64,000 nucleotides of DNA, taken from assembly GCA_019057475.1 (NCBI GenBank), contig DXJO01000041.1, forward strand, positions 96,001 through 160,000, written 5' to 3'. Both the position numbers and the translations under genes were made by a program. Below the pieces are notes generated by a model. That model was not told the DNA's origin. It did no database searches and worked only from the letters and a program-made list of their open reading frames with translations. Shown in pieces: positions 20,212-30,004 of this stretch. This DNA is from Candidatus Thorarchaeota archaeon (GTDB taxonomy: Archaea; Asgardarchaeota; Thorarchaeia; Thorarchaeales; Thorarchaeaceae). The first letter of the stretch is position 1, and each line of letters starts with the position of its first letter.

Positions 20212-20217
20212 CACGGT

Positions 20218-20883
20218 TTGATCGCCCGGACGGATTTCGAGGGCGATCCGAATGTCGGAGCCTTTGCTGTCATAACCAATGAGATTGCGTTCACATCTCC
20301 ACATATGAGCAAGAAGTCCATCGACACCCTCGGACGCGCCTTCAATACACAGTTAGTTCAGTCAACAGTAGCAACCCTGGACGTCGTAGGACTAATGTCC
20401 GTTGCGAACCGCAACGGGCTACTTCTGCCTTACACAACAAGGGATGAAGAGCTGGACATAATCAAGCGGAGCGTTGACATAACGGTAGACTGGCTGGACA
20501 ATAAGATGACTGCCCTAGGCAACATCATTCTGGCCAATGATAACGGCGCCATATGCCATCCGGATTTCGATTCAAAGGCAATAAAGAAAATCTCTGATGT
20601 CCTGGATGTCGAGGTGGTCCCCGGCACCGTGGCCAAGCTCCCTATCGTGGGTGTGAGCTCCGTAGTGACAAGTCAGGGGGCGGTCGTGCACCCCATGGCG
20701 ACCAGTGAGGAGATTGAACGCATATCAGAGATGTTAAGAGTGCATGTTGAAGTCGGTACAGTGAACAGAGGCAGCCCGTATGCCCGTCTCGGCGTGTTAG
20801 CCAATACCGACGGAATGATTGCCGGATCTGACACCACAGGTGTCGAACTCGCGCATATTTCACAGGTGTTGGGATATGTGTAA
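20218..20883 (+). CDS. eif6: Translation initiation factor 6 (aIF6)
   Basis: NVGAF, ALGNIILAND.GA..HP, GTVNRGS, TTG.EL. Confidence 0.95.
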   Translation: MIARTDFEGDPNVGAFAVITNEIAFTSPHMSKKSIDTLGRAFNTQLVQSTVATLDVVGLMSVANRNGLLLPYTTRDEELDIIKRSVDITVDWLDNKMTALGNIILANDNGAICHPDFDSKAIKKISDVLDVEVVPGTVAKLPIVGVSSVVTSQGAVVHPMATSEEIERISEMLRVHVEVGTVNRGSPYARLGVLANTDGMIAGSDTTGVELAHISQVLGYV

Positions 20884-20898
20884 TAGAGGTGCTTAGTT

Positions 20899-21144
20899 AT
20901 GGATACGAAAGTATGGCGAGCAATCGGAAAGTACAGGAAGAACAAGAGAACATTCACATTCACAAAGGAACTGATAGCTCTGAAGGAGTCGCATGTGAGA
21001 GAACGCATACTCTCTGATCTAGGCAGCCGCCACAGAGTTAAGAGAAGGGACATCGAGATTTCCGAGGTCATAGAGATAAAGCCTGAGGAAGTAGTTAGTC
21101 TCGAGTTGCGAACAATCCTAGGTGTGGAGAGCAAGATTGGATGA
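20899..21144 (+). CDS. rpl18a: Ribosomal protein LX/L18a (eL20)
   Basis: FTKELIA, ERILSDLGSRHRVKRRDIEI. Confidence 0.92.
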   Translation: MDTKVWRAIGKYRKNKRTFTFTKELIALKESHVRERILSDLGSRHRVKRRDIEISEVIEIKPEEVVSLELRTILGVESKIG

Positions 21145-21575
21145 GTGAGGAGCAGGAGAATCTTCTGCGGAGAGTATATGCAGAACAGCAGATGGCTTCC
21201 ACCACCATAGAGCGTAAGGGACAGCAAATGATTCGTGTGCAGTCATACTTGGACAACTACCAAGTTGGCTTGCTGGTTCTGGAAGAGTTGCTGGGGAAGA
21301 AGACGGGAGAAGAGATACTCATGAATGTTGGTGGTGAAATCTATGTCCACGCCAAGCTCGTTGACTCAAAGAAGGTTACCAGACACATCGGAAAAGGCAT
21401 CAGCATAGAACAGGACATAGCAGATGCCAAGAAGAGTATTGAGGAGATTATTTCGAGCCTAAAAAAGCAGTATGACTCCCTTGCTCAGGAGTATCAGCAG
21501 CTGCTTGGTTGGTCGTCAAAGTTGGGCACACAGTTCCAGCAATTAGCCGCGGAGATGCAGAAAAAGGAGGAGTAG
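21141..21575 (+). CDS. pfdA: Prefoldin alpha subunit
   Basis: Coiled coils flanking EILMNVGGEIYVHAK...IGKGISIE; conserved position. Confidence 0.88.
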   Translation: MSEEQENLLRRVYAEQQMASTTIERKGQQMIRVQSYLDNYQVGLLVLEELLGKKTGEEILMNVGGEIYVHAKLVDSKKVTRHIGKGISIEQDIADAKKSIEEIISSLKKQYDSLAQEYQQLLGWSSKLGTQFQQLAAEMQKKEE

Positions 21576-21579
21576 CAGA

Positions 21580-22491
21580 GTGTTTGACAAGCTCCGTGGC
21601 GCCATTAGCAATGCTGTGACCAAGGCGACCACAAAAGAGCTTACAGACAAGAATCTCTCCGATGCAGTATGGGAACTACAGCTAGTCCTCATACAGAATG
21701 ATGTAGCAGTGGAAGTGGCAGAACACATTTGTGAACTCACAAAGGAAAAAATGCTCGGTTCTAGAACTGGGCGCTTGGAAAACCTTACGAAGCTCTTCCA
21801 TTCAGCATTGCACGATTCAATAATCGAAGTTCTTACTCCTGAATACCCCCTAGACCTTCTAGAATTCGCCAAGAAAAGAAGAGATGAAGGTGACCCGACA
21901 ACAATTCTCTTCGTAGGTGTCAACGGAACGGGGAAGACAACAACACTAGCGAAACTGGCACACCTCTACAAGAAGAACGGGTTCTCGGTAGTCATTGCCG
22001 CTGGAGATACATTCCGGGCTGGAAGCATTGAGCAGCTTGAGAAGCATGCTGAGAAACTGGAGATTAGGGTCATCAAGCAGGGCTATGGTTCAGATGCTGC
22101 GGCAGTCGCATATGATGCAGTTGCTCACGCAAAGGCCAGACACATTGATGTTGTGCTCATTGACTCCGCGGGAAGGATGCAGAGCAACAAGAATCTCCTA
22201 GCAGAGATGAAGAAGATGGCCCGCGTTGCAGAGCCAGATCTTAAAATCTTCGTGGGAGATGCTTTAGCAGGGAACGATGCATTGTCTCAAGCGAAGGAGT
22301 TCAATGATGCAATTGGTATCGACGGGGCAATTCTCACCAAGATTGATGCGGATCCATCAGGAGGCGCTGCCCTATCAGTGACATTCATCACTGGGCGGCC
22401 CGTTGTCTACGTGGGTATAGGCCAAGGCTACGAGGACTTGCATCGATTCGATCCCGAGTGGCTTGCACAAAGGCTCATGTCAGAGAAGTGA
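21580..22491 (+). CDS. ftsY: SRP receptor FtsY
   Basis: GVNGTGKTTT, DTFRAG, DSAGR, TKID, GIGQGYEDL. Confidence 0.96.
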   Translation: MFDKLRGAISNAVTKATTKELTDKNLSDAVWELQLVLIQNDVAVEVAEHICELTKEKMLGSRTGRLENLTKLFHSALHDSIIEVLTPEYPLDLLEFAKKRRDEGDPTTILFVGVNGTGKTTTLAKLAHLYKKNGFSVVIAAGDTFRAGSIEQLEKHAEKLEIRVIKQGYGSDAAAVAYDAVAHAKARHIDVVLIDSAGRMQSNKNLLAEMKKMARVAEPDLKIFVGDALAGNDALSQAKEFNDAIGIDGAILTKIDADPSGGAALSVTFITGRPVVYVGIGQGYEDLHRFDPEWLAQRLMSEK

Positions 22492-22556
22492 CTGAGTGGA
22501 CAGTTTTATTACTGAGGGCTTCTGATGTCGCTCGCGTTTGCATATAGCAACCAGAG

Positions 22557-23489
22557 GTGGTCAGGTTGAGCCTAAAGGGCAGACATCTGGTAGACTTGTC
22601 AGACTTTGAAACACAAGAACTCCGTAAAATACTGGATACTGCTCATGATCTCAAGCAGAAACAGAAGAAAGGAAAGCCACATGAGATCCTTAAGGGCAAG
22701 TCCCTTGCAATGATATTCATGAAGTCCTCAACAAGGACTCGAGTTTCTTTTGAGGTAGGAATGACTCAACTGGGTGGACATGCACTCTATCTTCAACCCA
22801 GTGGAACACAGCTCGGGCGGGGTGAAACAATAGGTGACACAGCCCAGGTTCTCAGCAGATACTGTGATGTTATTATGGCGAGGGTGTATGCCCATAGCGA
22901 GGTTGCTGGTCTAGCCAAGTATGCTACTGTACCTGTGATAAATGGGCTTTCAGACTTTCTGCATCCCTGCCAAATTATGGCAGACATGCTGACTATAGAG
23001 GAACACAAGGGAGGCCTTGAAGGTCTCAAAATCACCTACGTCGGGGACTCGAACAATGTTAGTAACTCGATTATGCAGGGCTGCACGATGATGGGCATGG
23101 ATGTTACAATTGGGTCGCCCAAGGGTTATACACCGATTGAGGAAATAATGACGAGAGCGGATAGACTCAGCAAGAAGCACGGCACGACACTCGAGGTTGT
23201 GAATACTCCCGCCGAGGCCGTAAAAAACGCGGATGTCATCTACACAGACACGTTCTTCTCGATGGGCCAAGAGAAGTCAAAGGAGAAGGAGAGTGCACTG
23301 ATGCAATTCCAAGTGAACAAGGGACTGGTTGGAAAGGCGAAATCCGATGTCATTGTAATGCATTGCTTGCCTGCGCATCGAGATGAGGAACTTACTTCAG
23401 AAGTCATGGATGGCCCCCATTCAGTTGTCTTCGATCAAGCAGAGAACCGCTTGCATGCGCAAAAGGCGATACTTGCACTCATCGTATAA
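22557..23489 (+). CDS. argF: Ornithine carbamoyltransferase
   Basis: SSTRTR, HPCQ, SMG, HCLP, QAENRLH. Confidence 0.95.
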   Translation: MVRLSLKGRHLVDLSDFETQELRKILDTAHDLKQKQKKGKPHEILKGKSLAMIFMKSSTRTRVSFEVGMTQLGGHALYLQPSGTQLGRGETIGDTAQVLSRYCDVIMARVYAHSEVAGLAKYATVPVINGLSDFLHPCQIMADMLTIEEHKGGLEGLKITYVGDSNNVSNSIMQGCTMMGMDVTIGSPKGYTPIEEIMTRADRLSKKHGTTLEVVNTPAEAVKNADVIYTDTFFSMGQEKSKEKESALMQFQVNKGLVGKAKSDVIVMHCLPAHRDEELTSEVMDGPHSVVFDQAENRLHAQKAILALIV

Positions 23490-23501
23490 GAGGCGGAGCA
23501 G

Positions 23502-24470
23502 TTGGTCAACGAAATCATTGCCATCGGCAGAATAAACATTGACATGGTCATGTATGTTGACACGCTTCCGGGTCGCATTCAGCATGTTGTATCAGACAAG
23601 GGACATATCTCATTTGGTGGCTCTGCTGCAAACTTCGCAGTGGAAGCAACGCTACTGGGTGTGAAGACGGGGCTAGTGAGCTGTGTTGGTGATGATATCT
23701 ACGGCAAGATGGTTCTGAAACAGCTGTCAAAGTTTGGTGTAGATACGAGTAATGTACTGGTGCTGGGCAAGCAGGCGACAGGGCTCTTCTTCATGGCGCG
23801 CCATCCAACGGATGGAAACATAGTGGTGGCCAACCCGGGGGCAAACCGCTTCCTTGAGAAACATGTGCTTGATGAGGAATACGTTGCACGTGCAAGTAGC
23901 ATTCATGTGGCTGGCGGCTTCCCAATGATGACTAGCAGGGCGTTAGAGATCGCCTCAACCAATGGGATGATTTTTTCGTTTGATCCGGGTCATGCTGCAG
24001 ATACAGTGGACTTCTCGAAGATACTACCTGGGACTGACCTGCTTTTCGTGAACCAGTACGAACTGAAGAAGTACTTCAAGATTAGTCTGTCAGAGAAGGC
24101 GCTCAAGACCTTTGCAAAGGGATTTCCGGGCATGGTCATAGTGAAGACCGGGAGTAAGGGTGCAATAGCGACTGACGGGTTTGAGTATCACACATCGGAC
24201 ATATTCGAGGTGCCAGTAGTAGACACCGTTGGCGCGGGTGATGCTTTTGCTGCAGGATTCCTAACGGCATGGACTCGATCAGAGAAAATAGCGCAGGCAC
24301 TTCATTTCGCTAATGCGGTGGCCGCACTTGCAATAACGAAAAGCGGAGCTCAGACTGGACCCACATTGGATGAAACTGCGAGTCTTCTGGCTAAGCATGG
24401 GGTTTCCATTGAGCCTATTCTTCGTTCTTTTCGGAAAGGCATGAAGAAGAAACGGTACCGACATAACTGA
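23502..24470 (+). CDS. PfkB-family carbohydrate/nucleoside kinase
   Basis: GGSAAN, VGDD.YG, VDTVGAGDAF. Confidence 0.92.
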   Translation: MVNEIIAIGRINIDMVMYVDTLPGRIQHVVSDKGHISFGGSAANFAVEATLLGVKTGLVSCVGDDIYGKMVLKQLSKFGVDTSNVLVLGKQATGLFFMARHPTDGNIVVANPGANRFLEKHVLDEEYVARASSIHVAGGFPMMTSRALEIASTNGMIFSFDPGHAADTVDFSKILPGTDLLFVNQYELKKYFKISLSEKALKTFAKGFPGMVIVKTGSKGAIATDGFEYHTSDIFEVPVVDTVGAGDAFAAGFLTAWTRSEKIAQALHFANAVAALAITKSGAQTGPTLDETASLLAKHGVSIEPILRSFRKGMKKKRYRHN

Positions 24471-24548
24471 GTATTACCGGTGTAGTATTCTCCTTTTTGT
24501 GCACATAATACGCCCGTAATAACAGCGAACTGCAGGTGTGAGTGAATT

Positions 24549-25682
24549 ATGCATCCCATCTTAGAAGAGGTCCTGAAGTCATCAAACGCAGGACGAAAGG
24601 CGCAAGTTAGTAGGGCGGCGAAACGAACCATCAAGAATACTACATCAGATGAAGAGATAGCAGCCATTCTTGAGGAAGTTAGTGCCAGAATCTTGGTTGT
24701 GGGCGTAGGTGGAGCCGGTAATAATGCCGTGACCCGCTTGATGGATGTTGGAGTAGAGGGGGCTGAAACTCTTGCGGCAAACACGGATGCGCAAGACCTC
24801 TATTTCTGTAACTCGCATCATAAGCTGCTCCTTGGTAGGGACACCTGTGGAGGTTTGGGAGCAGGTAATGATCCTGATGTAGGAGAAGCTGCTGCAGTTG
24901 AATCGTACGAAACAGTCAAGGATGTCGTAAGAGGGGACCTTGTCTTCATTACCGCGGGGATGGGTGGAGGTACAGGTACCGGTGCGGCACCAATCATAGC
25001 AAAGGCTGCAAGAGAGAACGGCGCATTGACTGTGGCCATAGTATGCCTTCCTTTTGAGGTGGAAGGCAAAACAAGGAAGAAGAACGCTACCAGAGGGCTC
25101 AACGCACTGATGGAGCACGTGGATACGCTGATAGCGATTCCCAATGAGAAGCTCTTAGAGATTGCTCCTGACCTCTCGATGCCAGAAGCCTTCATGGTTG
25201 CAGACGAAGTTCTGGTCCGAGCAGTCAAAGGAATTGCAGAGTTGATTTCGAAGCCGGGGCTGGTGAATCTTGATTTCGCAGATGTCCGGACGACGATGAA
25301 GAACGGTGGGGTTTCACTAATTGCGCTCGGTGAGGGTCAAGGAGAGGAACGGGCCGATGAAGCAGTATATAATGCTCTGAGGAACCCACTGATTGATGTG
25401 TCAATAGACAATGCAAGGAACATCCTAGTCAATGTGAGTGGGAGCATGGACATGCAGCTTATCGAAGCCAAGAGGGTAGTAGAGCTCGTTACAGAACAGG
25501 TCAATCCGGGTGCAGAGGTAATATGGGGAGCACTCATTGTACCAGAGCTGGAAGACAGAATCAGAGTAACGATTATTGCCTCAGGCGTGAGTTCCCCCTA
25601 TGTGTTTGACTCTGAAACAACACCGGTCACACCTCTTGCAGATGATCTCAAGACGGACCTCGGAATACCTCGCTTGAGCTAG
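24549..25682 (+). CDS. ftsZ: Cell division protein FtsZ (FtsZ1-type context)
   Basis: GVGGAGNN, NTD, GLGAG.DP.VG, GMGGGTGTG, NLDFAD. Confidence 0.96.
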   Translation: MHPILEEVLKSSNAGRKAQVSRAAKRTIKNTTSDEEIAAILEEVSARILVVGVGGAGNNAVTRLMDVGVEGAETLAANTDAQDLYFCNSHHKLLLGRDTCGGLGAGNDPDVGEAAAVESYETVKDVVRGDLVFITAGMGGGTGTGAAPIIAKAARENGALTVAIVCLPFEVEGKTRKKNATRGLNALMEHVDTLIAIPNEKLLEIAPDLSMPEAFMVADEVLVRAVKGIAELISKPGLVNLDFADVRTTMKNGGVSLIALGEGQGEERADEAVYNALRNPLIDVSIDNARNILVNVSGSMDMQLIEAKRVVELVTEQVNPGAEVIWGALIVPELEDRIRVTIIASGVSSPYVFDSETTPVTPLADDLKTDLGIPRLS

Positions 25683-25783
25683 TCCGATAGCCGACACTCA
25701 GCAAGGGTTAAAAGCGCACTAGACTGCTTGCAGTCGATTTAAGAAACTGCTAAGGCAGTTTTATTCAGGGAAGTGAAACCACT

Positions 25784-25960
25784 ATGGGCATTGGCAGCTT
25801 CATCAGGGATGGCAGACGAATATTGAAATTGGCCACGAAACCATCCAGAAAGGAGTTATGGATGAGTGCGAAGATTAGTCTGCTTGCAATGTTCCTCGTA
25901 GGATTGCTTAGCTTTGGCATACAATACCTGATGACAGTACTCACTTACACCTGGCAATAG
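25784..25960 (+). CDS. secE: SecE/Sec61-gamma (not in the ORF track)
   Basis: RILKLATKPSRKEL followed by one TM helix; located between ftsZ and spt5. Confidence 0.9.
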   Translation: MGIGSFIRDGRRILKLATKPSRKELWMSAKISLLAMFLVGLLSFGIQYLMTVLTYTWQ

Positions 25961-26015
25961 TAGTTTCAGCCAGACTACTAGACACAAGCGTTTCGTGCTT
26001 AACGGAGGCATTTAG

Positions 26016-26705
26016 TTGCAATCAAGAACCAGCGTATATGCAGTGCGTACAACGATTTCACAGGAGAGATCTGTAGCTGATCTCATCACTACAGCAGTGG
26101 TTGGTGAAACTGACATATGGGAATGCCCATTCTGCTCGGAGCAGTTTGCGTCAGACAAAAGCACTAAGAAGCATATGAAGAAGAGCTGCAAGAAAGCGAA
26201 AAAGAAGAAAGGAGAACCAAAACTAATCTCCCGGAATCAGTTGCTTGGTCGTGTCAAGGCGATACTGGTTCCCGAAACTCTCCGAGGTTATGTTTTTCTG
26301 GAAACGCTAGAGTTCAGGGACGTTGAGTTAGCCATCTCCGGAGTGCCGCACGTGCGCGGTAGAGTCAGCGGAAAGGTGAGCTTTGAGGAAATCGACAAGT
26401 GGTTGAAGCCAAAGCCCGCTGCTGAAGGTATCATGATAGGCGATGTGGTCGAGATTATCTCAGGGCCATTCAAGGGAGAAAGAGCACGGGTTGCGCGAGT
26501 AGACGCAGCCAAGGAAGAGCTCATACTGGAGTTGCTGGACAGTCCACACACCATTCCCATTCGTGTGCATGCTGACTTCGCGAAGATCGTCGAGAAAGCA
26601 CACAGAGAGGAACCGAAAGAAGGTGACGAGACTGATGAATCCGGGGAGAAGAAAGATGAGCTCGATGATGATTCTTTCTGGGCGCATCAACCAGACTTAG
26701 CCTGA
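26016..26705 (+). CDS. spt5: Transcription elongation factor Spt5 with inserted zinc-finger-like segment
   Basis: NGN (YAVRTT.SQERSV...LRGYVFLE) plus KOW (GDVVEIISGPFKGERARV). Confidence 0.93.
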   Translation: MQSRTSVYAVRTTISQERSVADLITTAVVGETDIWECPFCSEQFASDKSTKKHMKKSCKKAKKKKGEPKLISRNQLLGRVKAILVPETLRGYVFLETLEFRDVELAISGVPHVRGRVSGKVSFEEIDKWLKPKPAAEGIMIGDVVEIISGPFKGERARVARVDAAKEELILELLDSPHTIPIRVHADFAKIVEKAHREEPKEGDETDESGEKKDELDDDSFWAHQPDLA

Positions 26706-26849
26706 AAGCACAAGTCAACAACCTGACTGGTCAAACGCACGGGCGACCCAACGCAATGCTTAAAACCAGTTCTCCATGGGGGAGGTCTGCTCCTTAATCT
26801 GACATGAGCGCATAGACGCCGTGTCCGGGGTGAAAACAGTTGAAATTGA

Positions 26850-26934
26850 ATGCAGTAGATCTTGTGGGATGTAAAGCTGATTTTGTCCTGCAGGTCGACC
26901 CAAACGGTACAGCGATGTGCCAATTGCACTGCAT
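26850..26934 (+). promoter_or_regulatory. Putative structured leader upstream of the L11-L1-P0-P1 genes
   Basis: ATGCAGT/ACTGCAT closing stem enclosing an imperfect hairpin and a GGTACA-GCGA-TGTGCC GNRA hairpin, immediately before AGGAG. Confidence 0.4.
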
Positions 26935-26951
26935 CAGGAGAAGTGACAAAT

Positions 26952-27455
26952 TTGAGTAGTCAGAAAATAACTGTTGAGGCCATGGTAGAGGGTGGTAAAG
27001 CTTCAGGTGGGCCTCCAATTGGTCCCGCGCTGGGGCCGACCGGAGTGAACATCTTCCAAGTGGTCACCAAGATCAATGAGGTGACTGCACCTTTTGCAGG
27101 ACTCAAGGTACCCGTGAAAATAATCGTTGACCAAGACACGAAGCAGTTCGAGGTTGAGGTTGGCACTCCACCTACCAGTGCCCTAATTCTAAAGGAAATC
27201 GGAGCAGAGAAGGGCTCAGGTGAGCCAAATACAAACATAGTTGGTAATCTTACGATTGACCAGATTAAGACCATTGCCAAGGGAAAAGCAGACCACCTGT
27301 CGGCGTTGACAGTGAAGAATGCAGTCATGATTGTTTCAGGCACCTGTGTTTCAATGGGCGTGACAGTTGAAGGCAAGGCACCCAAGGAGTTCCAGCAGGA
27401 AGTCCGAGAGGGTCTTTGGGATAGCCAGCTTGAAGGCGTGCTGAAGGAGGAATAG
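26952..27455 (+). CDS. rpl11: Ribosomal protein L11 (uL11)
   Basis: GGKASGGPPIGPALGP, GTPPTSALI, GTCVSMGVTV; start at TTG 26952. Confidence 0.95.
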   Translation: MSSQKITVEAMVEGGKASGGPPIGPALGPTGVNIFQVVTKINEVTAPFAGLKVPVKIIVDQDTKQFEVEVGTPPTSALILKEIGAEKGSGEPNTNIVGNLTIDQIKTIAKGKADHLSALTVKNAVMIVSGTCVSMGVTVEGKAPKEFQQEVREGLWDSQLEGVLKEE

Positions 27456-27458
27456 ACA

Positions 27459-28115
27459 ATGTCATTAAACATCGAGTCTATCGAGGCTTCAGTTGCCAGG
27501 GCAAGGTCAGAGGGAAAGAAGAGAAAGATCAAATTCAAGCAGAGCTTTGATATTGCAGTCAGCTTCAGGAAGAAGGAGCTGGACGTAACAAAACCTGAGA
27601 ATAGAATCAACCAGGAACTCGTCCTACCCAATGCTCTCTTTCCTCCAGCCAAGGTATGTGCCTTTGGCGATGGTGATTTCGCAGAGAATGCCAAAGCAGC
27701 CGGAGTAGAACATATAGTATCCAAGGATGATATTCCCAAGATTGGGGAGGAGAAGAAAGAGAGGAAATCACTCGCCAAGACTTATGATTTCTTCATTGCT
27801 TCCGTTGATACCATGCCGCTTGTTGGTCGATACTTAGGGCAGGCGCTCGGTCCTAGAGGGAAGATGCCTAGACCATTCCCGCCACAGGCTGACCTTGCTC
27901 CCGTCGTAAGTCAATACCAGCGGACGGTCCGGTTGAAGATGAAAAACACACCGACAATCCATGTCAAAGTAGGTCATGAAACGATGAGCGATAGAGAAGT
28001 GGCAGACAATATTATTGCGGTCCTCAACTTCGTTGAAAGCAAGGAATTGCTTGGGAAGTTAAGCTCTATTGTGGTGAAGCTTACTATGGGACCACCAGTG
28101 CCTGTATCCATCTAG
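27459..28115 (+). CDS. rpl1: Ribosomal protein L1 (uL1)
   Basis: FKQSFDI, GRYLGQALGPRGKMP, VKLTMGP. Confidence 0.95.
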   Translation: MSLNIESIEASVARARSEGKKRKIKFKQSFDIAVSFRKKELDVTKPENRINQELVLPNALFPPAKVCAFGDGDFAENAKAAGVEHIVSKDDIPKIGEEKKERKSLAKTYDFFIASVDTMPLVGRYLGQALGPRGKMPRPFPPQADLAPVVSQYQRTVRLKMKNTPTIHVKVGHETMSDREVADNIIAVLNFVESKELLGKLSSIVVKLTMGPPVPVSI

Positions 28116-28127
28116 AGGTGAAAAGAA

Positions 28128-29150
28128 GTGTCAGTATACAAAAGCGAGTGCCCCCAATGGAAACTGGATGCAGTGGAAAAGATAGTGTCGTCAATCGATG
28201 GCAGCTTGATGGTTGGACTCGTCAATATAGAGGGTGTAGGTGCCAGACAGCTCCAAGGTATCAGGGATAGCCTAAGAGGATCTGCTGTCATACACATGGC
28301 ACGGAACACCCTGATGATTCGAGCATTAGAGAAATCTGACAAAAAGGGCGTAAAGAAATTGGTCGAGTATGTCACCGGCCCGATTGTGTTCATATTCAGC
28401 AATGAGGACCCGTTTGCTCTGAGCAAGTTCCTCAGTGATAACAAGGCAGCAGCTCCAGCGAAGGGAGGTCAAATTGCTCCCAAGGACATAGTCATTCCTG
28501 CAATGAATACCGGCGTGGCACCCGGGCCGTTCATTAGTGAGCTTGCAGCTCTCAAAATTCCATCCCGAGTGAAGACTGGTGTTATCCACATCACTGACGA
28601 CTCTGTGGCTGTGAAAGCCGGAGATGTTGTATCCAACGCCATGGCACAGATGCTGAACAGACTTGGTATTGAACCAATGGAGCTTCAGCTCAAGCTAATC
28701 GCTGCCTATACGGACGGGAAAGTGCTTACAGCAGAGATTCTCGACATTGACATTGAATCCTTGTTCAATGAGGTCATTCTGGGTCATCAGTACGCAGTCA
28801 ACCTCTCCGTCAATGCCGGTATTCCAACGGCAGACACAATTCCGTTGATCATAGTCAAGGCGAACATGGAGGCAAAGAGCTTGGTTATGGAGATTGGTTT
28901 CTTCACACCAGACATGCTCGATGTCTACCTGGCCAAGGCCAACTCGCAGGCGCTTGCACTTGCTGCAGCGCTCTCCGAGAGAGATCCAGAAGCAATACCT
29001 TCGGAAATGCTTAATCAGGTCCAAGCCGCTGCTGCATCGTCAGCAGCAGCTGCACCGGCCTCAGATGAGGCGGAGCAGAAAGAAAAACCAGAGGAAGAAC
29101 CCGAAGAGGAAGAAGAAGCAGTAGCAGGTCTAGGAGGCCTGTTCGGATAA
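28128..29150 (+). CDS. rplP0: Ribosomal protein P0 (uL10)
   Basis: LQGIRDSLRG, ARNTLM, AKGGQIAP.DIVIP..NTG..PGP, acidic tail ending GLGGLFG. Confidence 0.96.
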   Translation: MSVYKSECPQWKLDAVEKIVSSIDGSLMVGLVNIEGVGARQLQGIRDSLRGSAVIHMARNTLMIRALEKSDKKGVKKLVEYVTGPIVFIFSNEDPFALSKFLSDNKAAAPAKGGQIAPKDIVIPAMNTGVAPGPFISELAALKIPSRVKTGVIHITDDSVAVKAGDVVSNAMAQMLNRLGIEPMELQLKLIAAYTDGKVLTAEILDIDIESLFNEVILGHQYAVNLSVNAGIPTADTIPLIIVKANMEAKSLVMEIGFFTPDMLDVYLAKANSQALALAAALSERDPEAIPSEMLNQVQAAAASSAAAAPASDEAEQKEKPEEEPEEEEEAVAGLGGLFG

Positions 29151-29171
29151 AATAGCAACGAGGTAAGAATT

Positions 29172-29498
29172 ATGGAATACGTATACTCAGCACTTCTGCT
29201 CCACAAAGCGGGCAAGAAAATGACTGCCAAGGCAATGGATGGCATTCTCACTGCTGCAGGTGTTGACCCTGACAAGAACAGGATCAAGGCCTTGCTGGCG
29301 GCTCTGAAGGATGTCGATATCGATGAGGCACTGAAAGGTGCCGCAATGCCGATGGCAGTTGCAGCTCCTGCGGGCGTAACCGCGGCTGCTGCAGAACCTG
29401 CTGCAAAGGGGAAGAAGAAGGGGAAGAAGAAGGGGAAGAAGGAAGAGGAAGAGAAGGAAGAAGAGTTCACTGCTGGACTTGGCAGTCTCTTTGGCTAA
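29172..29498 (+). CDS. rpl12: Ribosomal stalk protein P1 (L12p)
   Basis: MEYVYSALLLH, Ala-rich hinge, GLGSLFG. Confidence 0.96.
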   Translation: MEYVYSALLLHKAGKKMTAKAMDGILTAAGVDPDKNRIKALLAALKDVDIDEALKGAAMPMAVAAPAGVTAAAAEPAAKGKKKGKKKGKKEEEEKEEEFTAGLGSLFG

Positions 29499-29535
29499 GG
29501 TGGGTATTTCGCCCCCCTCTTAATCTTAAAACAGA

Positions 29536-29586
29536 GGGCAATAGGCCATGCGCCTGCTGCCCACTGCAACTTCTTTTTTCATTTTT
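29536..29586 (+). terminator. Hairpin plus T-tract after the ribosomal operon
   Basis: GGGCA...TGCCC stem followed by ttcttttttcattttt. Confidence 0.5.
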
Positions 29587-29929
29587 ATCAGGCTGATATA
29601 GCTGAAAAGCTATAACACGCTCTGAGTACATTCATAGACAGGAAGAATCTGATGACCTTCTATCCGGGAAAGGAATGACCAAGATGAAGATAGTGTATCA
29701 TCCTCTGATGAGAGAAAGCTATGACCGTACACCCGCAGGAGCCCCTGGGAGATTGGAGACCTCTGTGAAAATCCTGAGCAAACACCCAGACTACGAGTTT
29801 GTAAAGGCAAGGTCTGCGACCGAAGAAGAGATCAATCGAGCTCATGCTCCGGGTCACATCGAGAGGGTGAGGCGGGACTATGACTCAACAAGGGAGGACC
29901 TACTGTATCAGGTAGCGACCTTGGCGGCA
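29572..29929 (+). repeat. Left copy of ~360 bp diverged direct repeat (promoter region plus first ~85 codons of the deacetylase)
   Basis: Colinear with 43622-43979 at a constant offset of 14050 nt with scattered substitutions. Confidence 0.93.
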
Positions 29930-29995
29930 ACACTATCGGTTATTATCGATCATGCTGATGAGCTTAATTCAGAAATATCGAAGTTCATCGGTTAA
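29675..29995 (+). pseudogene. Truncated HDAC-family gene fused to the C-terminal tail of an alpha/beta hydrolase
   Basis: First ~85 aa nearly identical to 43725..44516; then VIIDHADELNSEISKFIG, resembling hydrolase ends such as FVIIEKYEEFNNEVMNFI (38438 ORF). Confidence 0.85.
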
Positions 29996-30004
29996 AATAC
30001 AGAT

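Noticed and set aside
26960-27778. 272-aa minus-strand ORF (and similar ones at 7946-8704, 51086-52834, 3192-4091)
   Set aside because: These are antisense shadows of well-supported genes with no recognisable motifs.
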